From: Octopus sinensis
Taxonomy: Eukaryota
DNA: 64,000 bases
Assembly (NCBI RefSeq): GCF_006345805.1
Contig: NC_042997.1
Span: forward strand, 128,526,001-128,590,000
Direction: 5' to 3'
Shown piece by piece: positions 12,680-25,955 of this stretch. The position numbers and the translations under genes were made by a program. The notes beneath the pieces were generated by a model. That model was not told the origin of the DNA and ran no database searches. It saw nothing but the letters and a program-made list of their open reading frames with translations. Each line of letters begins with the position of its first letter. Within the stretch, counting starts at the first letter, position 1.

Positions 12680-13270
12680 AGTTTATAACAGATCACTGTA
12701 ATAATAAATTTTCTAACTGATCACAGTTATAATTATGTTATATAACTGATCGCTATTATAATAAATCCTATAGTTCATCATAACAATAATAAGTTTTGTA
12801 ATTAATCTTTATAATAATATGTTAATTGAACTGATCACTGTAAGTTTTATAACTGAAAATAAATTATATAATTGATTGCTAATATAATAAGTTTTGTAAC
12901 CAATCACTGGAATAATAGTTTTAGAAGTGATTGATTACAGTAATGATGATGTTACATAAATGAATAATGTATTAGTGTTATATAACTGGTCACTATAATA
13001 ATAAGTTTTATAACTGATCACTTTAATAAGTTTTGTAATTGATCTTAGTAATAATAAATTATTTCACTGATTTCTGTAATATTAATGGTATGTATCTGAT
13101 CACTGTTATGATAAGTTGTATAACTAATCACTATCACAATAATGTTCTATAACTATCACTATAATAAGTTATATGATGGTTTATTGAAATATTGTTATAT
13201 AGCCAATGACTGTTATTAAAAGTTCTGTAGATGATCATTATAAAACATGTTCAACAACTAATCATTATAA
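12680..13270. repeat. Degenerate minisatellite, about 28-32 bp unit (ataactgatcactataataataagtttt-like)
   Basis: Recurrent aactgatcact/gatcactata cores at roughly regular spacing. Confidence 0.8.
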
Positions 13271-14511
13271 TAATCCTAAATTAACTGTGAAGTTTTCATG
13301 TAAATGATATTAGACATTATAAACAGCTATTTGAGACAGAAAATTGCAACAGATGTCAATGTATTTGTTTTCCTTTTTTTTCCTCTCAAATTATTGATCA
13401 TTTTAGTTAAATCTAAGATGTCAATTCATAATTGGTTTTATGGAAGTATTTCTTGTCACAAACAAACACTGGACTGAAGTAGGGTGCCTGACTATCTTGA
13501 ACATTAGCAAAATAACCTATCCTCCAGTGCTAAATGACTGAAGAATTATCTTGTTGGAGATAAAATAGTACAGTTAAAATAGTTGAAATGATTTATAGTG
13601 CTTCATCCGAAAAGACAGAATTGCAGGTATCTTGCAGCATGTTCATAATATTTTATATATTAGCAATAAATTTATGATTTAAGTCCAGTGAAGGAAATAG
13701 GATCTGGTTATAATCAGAGATCACAAAGAGATCCATCAGGGATTAGTGAAATAAAATTGTGCAACTGAGGTTTCCAGAGCATTGTAAGCTTCCTTGGGTA
13801 ATATTTTTTAGAATATGTTCATTTACAGGGCCATTTTGAGAACATATAATCTAGATTGAGTATGATGGCTGTATACACATACATATGTATATCAGTAATT
13901 TATAATTCTTTTATTCAAATAAATATAACTAAAGTACTTATATATAAGTGAAATTTAAATTCTTTTAGTTTAATAATAATAATAATAATAATGATAATGT
14001 ACTTTTACAATTAAAAGATTCCATGAAGAAGTTTATATGTTTGTGTTCCCACCACACATAAACATATACATATATATTTATATATTTACAAGGCAAAGGT
14101 TGACCTGTGATTTTAAAGTTTTGGCTTACTTGCCTTTGTCAGACTGTAACATTTTTTATGTTCAGTTTTTATTTTTCATTCTTCATGAGGATGAAAGCTT
14201 TAGTGGTTGACATACGGTTGTGGTTTAACTGTGTATTTTTTGTGGCATATAAAGAAGCTCCTTTTTAGAATGTTTAATTTCAGAATGTTTAATGCATAAT
14301 TGATTGAACAAAAATATGAAGTTGTAGGAGGGAATAGAATAAGGGGAAGGAAAGAACAATAAAAAAGAGCACAAATCAGAAAATTCAACCATTCTTTGAC
14401 CTCTACTCACATACATATCTAACCTCTGTTACCTAATTTTCCTACACCTAATATAGCCAATTTAAAAGTGAGTTGAATAGAACAAATAAAATCTACCCAT
14501 TTAGAACAATG

Positions 14512-14609
14512 TCTTCTTCTTCTTCTTCTTCTTCTTCTCTTCTTCTTCTTCTTCTTCTTCTTCTTCTTCTTCTTCTTCTTCTTCTTCTTCTTCTTCTTCT
14601 TCTTCTTCT
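14512..14609. repeat. (TTC)n microsatellite
   Basis: About 32 units with one interruption. Explains the poly-L and poly-R ORFs. Confidence 0.99.
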
Positions 14610-15299
14610 AATTAAACACCCCATAGAGATATTCCATTGTATGACAAGAATATAATATGGAAGCACACCTACATTGCAACCACTAAGTCCTCCTACATAT
14701 GTAAAATGCTTGAAAAAAAAAAACAAAAACAAAGAAAAGCTTTACATACTGACAAAAGTAATTGAGTTACTGCTAACCTTTGCTTGCAAAAAAAAATGCT
14801 ATACACAATTGGGTGATCCTTCAATTAATATTTGACTGTTTTCATATATAACTAAATATATAACCAAATATTGTGTGTGTGTGTGTGTGTGTGTGCACAT
14901 GTGTGGATGTATGTACATATATATGTGTGTGTATGTATAAATATATATACACACACATGCACATTTGCTCTAGAGATTACACTATATTCATTTCAACCAT
15001 ATTTTTTCAAGTGCAATCACTTAAAAAATCTTTGAGGTTGAAATAATTATAATACTTGATCTCTAAAACATAAAGTTCTACTTTTGAATCATGTATTGAG
15101 TAATAAGTGTAAAAGAATGTTTACTTCAATTAATTCCTTCAACAAAGAAAATATTAAACACACACACACACTTTATAAATGTATGACAGTCAGAATTTCT
15201 TAAATTTACATTTGTTCATTAAAGAGACAATGCTGTGCTAAGTATTTTACTGTCCAGTTTACATTACAGAATCTTCTATAAAGCTAGATAATCTTCAGT

Positions 15300-15600
15300 T
15301 TCCTTATGTCACTCTTCCTGCTATTAAGAAATCATGTCTTCACCAGAGGCCCCACTGACTTGATAAATAGAAGAGTTGAAAGATGATTAGTTAGAAGTGC
15401 TACTTATGGTGGAGAACACATAAATTCATGCTACTGAAGCTCCTTTCACAATCTGCTGTTGACACTGGAATTGTACTTACAGCCATTTGAAGTTGCTGAA
15501 AAATGCACAGAAACTGTCTTCCCTTCGGAAGCTTTAAATTCTCTGTAAGCTATGATACATAACTGACTATTTAAGCCAATCTGTTCTGTCATTTCTTGTT
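15300..15600 (-). mobile_element. hAT transposase C-terminal dimerisation domain remnant
   Basis: Minus strand reads QLQMAVSTIPVSTADCERSFSSMN..TNHLSTLLFIKSVGP, the hAT P.ST..CERSFS motif. Confidence 0.85.
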
Positions 15601-15769
15601 TATCGTTATTCATAAAAGTTAAGAGTGAATCTTATAGAATACTAATATCTAAATACTTTGCCTAGTTAATAAGATTTCTCTACATTTATCATTGGAAATT
15701 GTCATAAATACAAGTAGCCAGATTTCATATCATTGGTGAAACTCAGTCTTTAATAGGTACTTTACCATC

Positions 15770-15960
15770 CCTCAGTTTATCCCATTAAATATCATCTGGT
15801 TCATTTCTATCTGTACTCGAGCATAATATTTGCCTGGCTTCACTATTTGACATTCCAGAACCACGATAGATAGGTTAATATCTTTATGTGTACTATTTTG
15901 GTTCTGCAGTTCAAGCAACAGTTCATTCAACTCTACCAAATTGTCCATCAGCAAACTTAG
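15770..15960 (-). mobile_element. CR1/L2-type RT remnant
   Basis: KFADG motif followed in a shifted frame by EMNQMIFNG, compared with the KFADD...M.FN.K pattern. Confidence 0.5.
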
Positions 15961-16490
15961 ATTATTTACAGAAGATAATGATTATAATGCATTGGTTTTG
16001 GACCCTCCTATTTTGTCCTTTCTATACTAGATCTTAAAACATAAGAACTTGCTTTTCAAAAAGTGCTACCAAATAACTTTGTAAGATTACCATAGTGTCT
16101 TAGTAGGTTGGTAAGATGAAGCAATCCATCACACACTAAAAACTATAAATTTTTAACCATTGCTACTTAAGGGCATCAGTGCATTCTATTGATTCATTTT
16201 GATTCTTTGAGAACTTAAAGTATAAGGAAAACACTATATGACAAAATATTTGAAAATGATTCAGGCCTACAGCTTCATCTGCAACATCACCTACATTATG
16301 TTGAAGCCTGTGGCTGACACATTGTCAAACAACTGAATTAGGAAAATAGTTTTCAAAACCTCTGATTTATTTCTAACATTACTGAAGCTCCATAAGTTAT
16401 AAGTGTTATTATATTTTTATTTAGGTAACACAATTGTAAGTAGCTTAAGAACCCATCAAATATATATTTTGCATTTACACCAAGTTTTAA

Positions 16491-16676
16491 CCCTTTTGAT
16501 ACCAACCTACCTGAGATTGTCCCTGGTTCTACAATACAAACTTCATGTTTTAAAGTGAACTAAATTAGAATGTTCAGTCAAAATGCCATTTTAATTTATG
16601 GTCCAAATACCTAGCTTAATAATGACAAAGATATTTTACTTAATTCATTTTGAACAAAAATATGGTAACAAAAGGG
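16491..16676. mobile_element. piggyBac-type MITE (186 bp)
   Basis: TTAA on both sides (16487-90, 16677-80), CCC...GGG ends, 14-bp TIRs with one mismatch (cccttttgatacca / tggtaacaaaaggg). Confidence 0.85.
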
Positions 16677-19369
16677 TTAAATGTTAAAATAGAATGAAGC
16701 AGGATGAGAAGATTCACCAGCTATTATTCTCAAGCAAGCTGCAAGAACAGTTCTGCCATTAACAGTAGTTTCAGCAAGCATAAACAGCAATTTTAGATTA
16801 TTTGGGAATTACATTTTTCAACAGTGTTTTACACATTTGATTTCCTATGTCATGTACAATATCTACACATCACTTAAAAGAGTGTAGAATACACCTTAAC
16901 ATCATCTCTTATATACAGTTTAGTATCATAAGACATATCTATGTATAGCTTACTTCTGTGTACAATATTACACACAGTTCCAAAACCTGATTTTGCTTTG
17001 TTATTTTTGTATGACATTGCACTTTCAATTATTTCTTTATTGGCTATTTTATTGATTTTTTAAAATCACATTTGTAATGAACTTCAGTGTTTCAGTACTC
17101 AAAAGAAAAAAAAACTCTTAGTTTTTAAACTCATTAACTGTTTTGCCTTGTTGTCACTCACTACTACACCTACTACATCAAATATGCACCGTTCATAAAA
17201 CAAAGGAATTCTTTGTGCTTGTTCAAGTCCACATTGAGACTACACTTGCTGCATACACTATAACCTAAAAGATTTCTATTTTTAGCAATTAATCAGGTAT
17301 GTTCTTTCTATTTGTTCAACTACATGTCTTGTGTTCGACAATCTTGAAGATAACATCTTTCGATATTTTCGGAAATGTTTTCATTTATACATGCATGCAT
17401 CATGCTAAATGGCAGTATGAGATCATCATTTTCAAGCAATTTAACCCTCTTTACTAGTTAAGTACATCTTCACTATTATGTCCTTATCAAGCTGTCTTTT
17501 AAAATAACTTAGTATGCTTATTTTCACAGTACACCAACCTGGAATGTAAGACATTTCATACAAGTGCTATATACCATACAGTAATGTGTAGAATATTGTA
17601 TATTTTTTCAACTGTTACTGAATAAAACCATCCACAAAATATTCACCATTCACAATTCAGATTGGTGAAATTATTGATACTATTTCATTTTCTCTCAGTT
17701 CATTCTAATCTAAGACACCCAATTTCAAAATTGCAATTTCTTGTTAAGGAGTAGCAACAGAAAAACATTGAATTATATATCATGCAGCCCATTTCCATCC
17801 TAAAATAGCAATTTCTAATAAATGAAGATCATTTAGTCTAAATACTAAGCTATAGTAAGTTAAACTTCTAGTGGATATTACCCTATCACAGAAAAATATA
17901 TAACTCCCATGAGTTAAAATGTTGATTATTTGAATATATGTTGTGAATATACAACCAAAGCTGTGGTATGATAAACAGTTAATCAGATAATCTGCATCAT
18001 GTGACATGCAAAGCATTGTTGTCCATGTCAGTCAAACTCATTTTGAGTAATTTAAATTATAAACCATTGCTGCAATTATATGTAGTGCAACTTTTAGTGT
18101 CCATGTCAGATGAGTTAGCCAACTTTTTGATCTCTTAATTTAGCTTTAAATATACACATTCATTTTGAAGAATGTTCATGCACAAAACCCCAACAACATC
18201 CATGGACATTATATCAGTATATAAGTCTATATATGAAACAAGAAAAGTTATAAATAACTGCTGCTTTTGATGAAGGTTCAAGCTAGAGATTTCTCCACAT
18301 TGTCTGTAGGTAACTTTGTGTATATTCACAGCTTCACTCATTATACTGAAAAAGATCTACAGATGCCTCTACTACAATATTACACCAATGGAATATTACT
18401 GAAATGGAAATGACTTCATTGTGAAGAAGAGGCATGGTTCAGTAATATTGCTATTGTACAATGGAAAGTATTCAAGATAATACTCATAGCATTAGTATTA
18501 AGGAATGGTGATTGAACAAGATGTAGAACAGCAGAAAGCACCTGTCTCATCCTCTTTGCTCTATTCAATAAACTCACTACAAGTATCATGTTTTGGCAGG
18601 GTACCTGTTAGAAGGTCATGGCTTGCATATCATTGTAATTCTTTATGCTTCTTGTACATTGGCCTACAATTGAATACATGCTGATATTATTAAAGGAAAA
18701 TGTTGTATTTGGATATCTAGCATCTCAAATTATACAGAATACTTGCAGAGCAATATTATTTTGTGATATCAGTAAATAATATACTATGTATGGTAAAATT
18801 TCTGTCTTCCCTCTCTGGCACTGGTGTGTAGAAATTGAGACCCATGCACATAACCTCCTTCAACCTTATCTCACGTTTTCATACTTCACAAAACCACCTA
18901 GTACCAGTCCCATCTCCTTAAACAATTCAGTTAGAATATTGAGCCATTCTTACTGTAGACTAAACTATAAAATCATCTATATTCTGTGTTATACTCTGAG
19001 AATGGAATAAAAAAATATATATATGCATAATTACAGTTAATAAATAAGTGAATTTTTATTGATAGAAACTTAACAAAACCTTGCTAAAAATTAATACCTC
19101 CTTAAGCAAAAGCACTTTTAGCATTGCCATGTTGATTAACAAACCCATAGACATAGGTGTGAATGAATGCAAAATTTCTTCTGAAATTTCCTGTGTGCAA
19201 CATCCCTTCCTGCTATGCTTCTACTATTGGTAGACTGAATATACAAATATACAAAGCATCTGGAAATTGAGTGTATAGTGCACCATTTCCAGTACTGTTT
19301 GAATCCTATTGTTGGGACTGTTGCTATGTTCTCTTTCAAACTGGTATTTATAATGGCTATGATGAGTTC

Positions 19370-19580
19370 AATTACTGATCATTTCAATAACTAATTACTA
19401 TAATAAAACTGATTTCAATAACCAATCACTATAATTAGTCCAATAACCAACAATTATAATTAGTTCAATAACCAATCCCTATGAATAGTTCAATAACCAG
19501 TCACTATAATAAGTTTAACAACCAATCACTGTAATAAGTTCAATAATCAATCACTGTAATAAGACCAATAACCAATCATT
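19370..19580. repeat. Minisatellite, about 20-21 bp unit (ataaccaatcactataat-agttca)
   Basis: About 9-10 tandem units seen directly. Confidence 0.9.
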
Positions 19581-20489
19581 ATAATCCAACTGTGAAATAT
19601 AAACCAAATGATATTTTATTGCTGCAATTCAAATTCCTTTCTGCTTCTTAAATAATTAGCTATTCTTTCATTATATCTGTCTGTCTATCTTCACATACAT
19701 GTTTGTGTGTATATCATAATTGTTTTTAACATTCACTTTTCCATACTTACAGCAGTTGGATAGAATTAATTGAAGCAGATTTACTGTAGCTAGATAACAC
19801 TATTTTTGCCAACCCACACCTGTTTCCCAATAAGGGAATATTCCCTATGATCATATATATTTCCATGACAATGACACTTATTAACAGGTATCATGCAGTG
19901 TTAAGACAAGGAAGCAGTAACACAAACACACACAAATACCCATATATATGATGGGGTTCTTTCACTATCTATCTGCCAAATCAACTCACAAAACTTTGCT
20001 CAGCTCAGGACTATAGTAGCTGAGTCCAAGATCATACAGTCATGAGTGTGATTCTCTGTCTGGAGAGCATTTCCTGTCCTTGAGAAAGGTTCATTTCATG
20101 CTGCTGCACTCCACTCATCCACAAAAGACTACTGGCCTAGTAGTGGTTCAACCCTTCCTTGTAAATGTTTGATCTGTGGGTTGGAAGGCCAAGAGATATT
20201 TATATCTGCTAGACACTACATTGGCACTTAAAACAATTAGCAGAAAGTATGGTATGTGCTATTAAATCATATTTGCATGCAAGTGATTGTTGTAGTAGTA
20301 ATAGGTTAGGAAGGGCATCCAGCTGTAGAAACCATGCCAAATCAGACTGGAACTTAGTGCAGCTTTCCAGCTTATCAGCTCCAGTCAAACCATCCAACTT
20401 ATGCCAGCATGGAGAATGAGTTTCGGATGTCGGGGCAGAAACCTGCACCGGCATCTCTTCAATTATCGAGGCAGTTATACATATGAATA

Positions 20490-21353
20490 CAGAGTACAGT
20501 GAATATATTGTTGTCTAAATTACGCAAAAATGAAAATAATACTGACATCTCATTTTAACAGATATACTTACAAAGATAGCATAAAAATATCTTCAAATAC
20601 TAAAGAGTAAATTAATTCAATAAAATCGCTATTGGCTTCAACCACAGCCTCGGGACATCTTCGAAATCTCCTGCATCTCTTCTGGGCGGTCTCCTTGTTT
20701 AAGTTGGTGAATGCTGCCATAATCCTTGCCTTCAGTTTATCTTTGGAGTTACAAGGAGTTTTGTTGGTCTCTCACTTAACTGTGCTCCACACATAATAAT
20801 CAAGGGGGTTATAGTCTGGGGAGTTATGTGGCCAGATGTTAGGAGTGATGTGGTTGCAGAAATTGTCTGACAGTCATGACTGGATTCTCCTATTTGTGTG
20901 GCATGGTACAGAGTTCTGTTGCCAAACATAAGGTCTTCTTTTAGCCACCCTTTCGACCCAGGCCAACACTACCTCCTCCAGGCCCTTGATGTAGGCCTCC
21001 GTGTTGAGTCTGAGGCCATATGATAAGATGAATGGAAGCATGACATCGCCATCGCTAGTGATCACTCCAAACATCATGATGTTGACTGGATGTTTGATTT
21101 TTATCACTCTCGGTACATGTTTTGGGGATATGGTAAGCCAACGGTTGTTCTGTGTTCACCATCAGTTTGAATTGGAGCTTCCAGCATAAATACCAAGCAG
21201 TACACTATGTCATTTCCAAATTTCTGACACACTGAATTGCATCATGGTGCTGCTTTTCTCACAGACAGTGCCCAACGACAAAATCGAAAACAAACAATGC
21301 ACATGTGTGAAATAAAATATTTAAAATGGCAACAATTTACCCATCGCACCCTG
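20490..21353 (-). mobile_element. Tc1/mariner DD37D-type transposon, internally deleted
   Basis: TA-flanked TIR cagggtgcgatgggtaaattg at 21333-53 and a decayed opposite TIR at about 20490-20515. Translation VWQQNSVPCH...WPHNSPDYNPLDYY gives 37 residues between the 2nd (D to N) and 3rd catalytic positions. Contains in-frame stops. Confidence 0.9.
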
Positions 21354-21829
21354 TATACACACACACACACACACACACTCACGTGCACACATGTTTGTGT
21401 GCATATGTATAGTATGCTTGTGTGTGTGTAATATGCACCAATACCTTGATTAATAACATTAATGTTTCACTTGTTTACTTTGCTATCAGAAACTTTGTTG
21501 TTAGAAGGTAAAACATAATTTTTATGCAAATAGTTTTTTTTATTTTTTCAATTATTGAAAGAAATATACACTTATTTAAAATGCAGTAGGCTTACAATGT
21601 TTCTAGATATATGGAAAAAATCCTTTGAACAAAATTATATGTAATTCAAAGAAAAGTATACACACATTATAAAATAAAATATCCTTTGAACAAAATTATG
21701 TGTAATTCAATAAAAAAAGATACTTTCTTTATGCCAAAAGTAAAAAGTACAAAGCAATAACAAAAAATATGGTATTACTGGTTCTGTTAGATTTTTATTT
21801 TTATTTAAAAAATAAAGACATCAAGTGTT

Positions 21830-22440
21830 GACTGCATTACCTTTTTCTTATGAGCTTCTAATTCTTCCCGATAACAATTCAACATTACCATTACAGATCT
21901 TTTAGCTTTCATGCTTCGTTCAAAATTTAGATTGTTTTCTGAAAATCACTCTAAAGAATGGGTTACTTCACTAAAGCTTTTGGATAAGATCTCTGTTGTT
22001 AAAGCTGGTTTATAGGAATTCTTTCTATGCTACTTGAACTAGAATTTTGCAGCTCTCTCAGCTCTTTAACATGCTCACAGGTGAGGCTCTTATTACCAAC
22101 ATTAAATCCTAAATATTATCTACATAAACTTCTTCAAATCCCATTTCTGGTATGATGCTTGTAAAGGCTACTGCTGTCTGAGACTATTTCAACATCTGTT
22201 CTATAGCCTAGCCTAACTGTTTGGACACAGTGTAATGTGTATCTTATGATATTGCTCCAGATTGCAGTATGATGTAGGTAGCACGAGTAAATACTACAGA
22301 ATGCAAAAACAAACCAAGTGTGACTACACTAATAAAGTAATGGCAAGGTTCCTTGTAAGAAAGTACAATTTAAGTGGGTTATGCCTGAGACAACAATGCA
22401 AGAAGATGCTCTTCTACTCTTTATTAGTGTTATTGCTTCT
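21830..22440 (-). mobile_element. Tigger/pogo transposase C-terminal remnant
   Basis: GFEEVYVDNI...LTTEILSKSFSEV..FSENNLNFERSMKAKRSVMVMLNCYREE..KK resembles the Tigger C-terminus. Confidence 0.6.
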
Positions 22441-22629
22441 GGAACTTCTCTCTCTAAGTTACCACCTCTATCAATTCTAGAACTGAGTCATTCTCTATGT
22501 TGTCGTCCTGTTCATTTTCCAAATTCAGAAACCTCTCTATACTTATATATCTTCCACTGTCCCTTAAATTTATTTGGGTCTACAACTATTTGTCCTATTT
22601 TATCCTTCAATTAGCCCACCCCTGTCATA

Positions 22630-23400
22630 TTGCATCTCTCTTTTGCTAACTGTTTTGCAAGCTTAAATCTTTCTCTCTGACCACACTCTGAATCCATACA
22701 TTCTCTAATTGTTTTCCAATATACCCCCTGTGCCTTGGCTGCATCTTTTTTCACAGTGGTCTTGGCTACTTTGGTAACTTCCATGCACTGCCACTTCTGC
22801 TTTTCCCTTTCTTTTTATCCTCTTTCCAACTTCATCATCACGCCACCACACTTCCAAATGTTGAAGGTTTTTCTTATCAATCCACACATATATTCAAATA
22901 GTTCCTAACTACCTATTTTCAGTGACTTCTAACCATTTTCAAGTACAACCTAATCATTCTCTACCATACTCAGCTTCTCTCTCAAAGCTTCTCTCACTGT
23001 CACTTCTTTCAACCTCCACACAGCCTTGGTTGATATTTCATTTACTAAGTTTCCCACCTACCTCTAGTCACAAACAACTAAATGATATTAGTGATCAACC
23101 TCCTATTCCAGTATTAAATTTGCCTCCCAAAGGTTCTCCCTGGTTCATCTAAGTTCCACCAGATAGTCAACAGTTGACATTTACTCAACCAGTATCTGCT
23201 TCCTGGAACTAGATATTGCAGATTAACAAGTCAGTTCCATCAACAAACTCTAAAGTCCTTTTACCCTTTTCACTCCTTACACTATATCTATACCCACCAC
23301 GGACTACATCAAACCCATCTGTACTTATTCCCACATTCAAGTCCTCTCCTAATACAGCAACTTCTCTGTGATATTTTTTAATAGTTTCTCTGTCACACAT
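22630..23400 (-). mobile_element. RTE-clade LINE, AP-endonuclease and linker remnant
   Basis: VLGEDLNVG..GFDVVRGGYRYSVRSEKGKRTLEFVDGTDLLICN and WWRDDEV motifs (ORFs 23209..23403 and 22705..22887). Confidence 0.85.
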
Positions 23401-24090
23401 CAAAACTTCTGTTTCACTTCGAAACTTTCACCCATATATATGTGTGTGTTTGTGTGTGTGTATGCACACACACACACACACATACTTACTCACACAATGG
23501 GCTTCTACACAGTTCCTGGCTACCAGCTTTCACTCTCATACTTAAGCCAAAGCTATTGCAGAAGATGGTGTATAGTAGTACAGTGGGGGTCAAACCTGGA
23601 ACCATGTAACTGCAAAAGACACGTCTTAATCATATGGCTTTGCTTGCACTAATATATATGTGCTTGCATGTGTACGCGTGTGTTACTATAGTGAGATACA
23701 TCATGTAACTAGGTAAAAGGGGAGGAAAACAAATGAAAAAGGCAAACATATAACAATGGATTACAACCAGATAGATGCTGTAAATGTCAACTGAAATGTA
23801 TTGACAAATGTGTTACCTGACATTGCAATGTATTTCAAAATCGTTTATGGAGCATATGATTGGCTACTCTAATCATTAACTGCCCCCACTGAAATACCTG
23901 CTGATGACAGGAGAAACTAGTTTCTAATATTCTAATAATGACCCTTAAAGTCTTTACTCAGTTTTGAGTTGAACAACTTGTTAAAATGCAATCGGTGTGT
24001 CAGTTAGGATCACACACACCTAAATTGTATCACTATATTATCTGCATTAATATAAGCAATAACAATTTAAAATGCCTCAGTATCTTTCAG

Positions 24091-24900
24091 TATGGCAGAT
24101 TGTGTCCGTAGCTGATAAGGAATTGGAAAAGAGAAGAACAAAACTGATAGATAAATCAAAACCAGGATATCAATCTGAAATTACCAGCTGAAGCAATGAT
24201 AGCTGTAAAACATATGCAAAATTAACTGGTATTGTGAAATGGCATGGAAATACAAAAAGAAAAAAATTTCTTAAAAGGATTGGAAATTCTCAATCAGTTA
24301 TATAAGATAAAGTTTTCTCTACATAATATTCTCAGAAATTTAGTATAAAAACTAAAAAAAAAACTAAAAAGGATTTATATGAAGATGTGAAAAAAAATAT
24401 TAAATTGACAATAGTTGATGATTCATCTTAGAAATATATTAGCCATTCTGTACTTCATTTCATTTTTTACCTTAAACAATGAAATATTGTCAGTGCCATA
24501 ATGAGTTTTATGCAAACATCTGATTTAAATAATTTGTTTAAACAGTTAATTAAAGCATTGCATCAAAGCCTATCATTTTGAGATTCTATTGATCTCAACA
24601 CATGTTATGGAATGTTACTGAACAAAGAGGGAGGTTGGGCAGTATTTAGAATCTGATTTTGATTTAACAAATTAACATTTCAGCAATTCCATGGTTGAAA
24701 CCAGCTTGAAATAATAAGAGATAATATAGCAAGAAATATATATGTAAATGGCTGTTTTATCTCATCAGTGGTATGTTGAACTGAAAACTCGAGTTAAAGT
24801 GAAAGTAATTACAAGGTATCAAGAGTTGAAACTATCTGAAATCGACTTGAATTGAAGCAATTACTTATATTTTGCAATCAGAATAAATGGATCATTTAAT
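24091..24900 (+). mobile_element. Possible R4/Dong-like (RLE) non-LTR RT remnant
   Basis: RRTKLIDK...YAKLTGIV resembles GRT.LI.K...YK.LTGI of R4-type RTs. Many stops. Confidence 0.45.
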
Positions 24901-25209
24901 TATGAATACCTTCTATTATAGAGTTGATCTTAGAAATAACTTTTCGTCAAGGGTCAGATATATTTGTAAATGTTTCCTTTTATAAAACTTTTATTCCATT
25001 TAGATTTTCTATAGTTGTTTGTTTGCATCTTGTGAATTTTTGATTTCTGTTCCGCTGCTATACCTACATTGAAACATGACAACATGTTAAAAATTATGAA
25101 TTTTCAAGCAGATTTTTATATTAATTCAAACATGAAATATTGAGATAAGAATCTGCAGGTGATGCACAATATAATGGTTATTCTCTTTATAATAATAATA
25201 ATAACAGTA

Positions 25210-25400
25210 ATAATGGTTTCAAGTTTTGTCATGAAGCCAGCATTTTTGGAGGAAGGTATAAGTCAATTGCATCAACCCCTGTAATAAACTGCTACCTATT
25301 TTATTAACTCCAAAAGGATGAAAGGTAAGATTGACCTCAGAAGAATTTGAACTCAGAACATACAGACAGATGAAATGTTGTTAAGCTAACAATTCTGCCA
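25210..25400 (-). mobile_element. SINE family S4 (degenerate)
   Basis: Reverse complement of the 42162-42384 family (aaaggatgaaagg..tttgaactcagaac). Other minus copies at about 26930-27110, 29400-29610, 33610-33820, 36810-36960 and 40270-40470. Confidence 0.7.
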
Positions 25401-25955
25401 GCAGTGCAAGGCAGTGGGTCTCATGACTTCTGATCTTAACTGATTGGAAGTGTTATCATGTATATGTTTTGTTTTGGTGTAAAAGATGGGCAACAGCAAA
25501 TATTCTGCTCAATACCACAGACTTGTTTGTCAGTTGCTTGACCATAATCAGTTGAACATGTCCCTTAGTGGCAGACAATATGTGCATCTCTGATCAGAAA
25601 CAGTAGTGGAGGAGTATCATAGCCATGTGCTGAGAGGAATTCTTTCATGTTTGAATAATTCACATCTAGAAACATGGGTGTTTCGTTCATCATCCGTAGA
25701 CAAACCATATTCAGGGACCTTTTGTGTGGAATGGGCTACTCAACCTGAAGAAAATTCTAACTGAGCCCCATCTGCAAAATCATGTGCTGTTTATCTTGGT
25801 GTGAGATCACCATGTCACACACATATGGTTGTGATGCATGTGCCTGACATATTCTTATCAGATGAGTCATTATGATGGATCTATTTGTACTCCAGTGTCA
25901 CTTTGATGGCATGCACTGTTTTCTCACTCAATAATAATAATAATAATAATAATTA
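25400..25955 (+). mobile_element. 3' end of a non-LTR retroelement with (AAT)n tail
   Basis: Higher-GC block ending ...ggcatgcactgttttctcactc(aat)n. Clade not determinable. Confidence 0.45.

Noticed and set aside
14473-14732. Poly-Leu/Ser and poly-Arg/Glu ORFs
   Set aside because: (TTC)n microsatellite artefacts.
15481-15542. Minus-strand exon-like segment with gtaagt donor
   Set aside because: The frame reads straight through the donor into the hAT TIPVSTADCERSFS motif.
17294-17304. Possible 11-nt plus-strand micro-exon (tttttag|caattaatcag|gtatgt)
   Set aside because: It carries a stop in the frame needed to join the exon at 30125 and has no supporting neighbours.
19370-19580. Regularly spaced repeats as a CRISPR-like array
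   Set aside because: Units are directly tandem without unique spacers, in eukaryotic DNA with no cas genes.
22053-22080. 28-nt plus-strand exon candidate with CAG|gtgagg donor
   Set aside because: Lies antisense within the Tigger remnant; no independent support.
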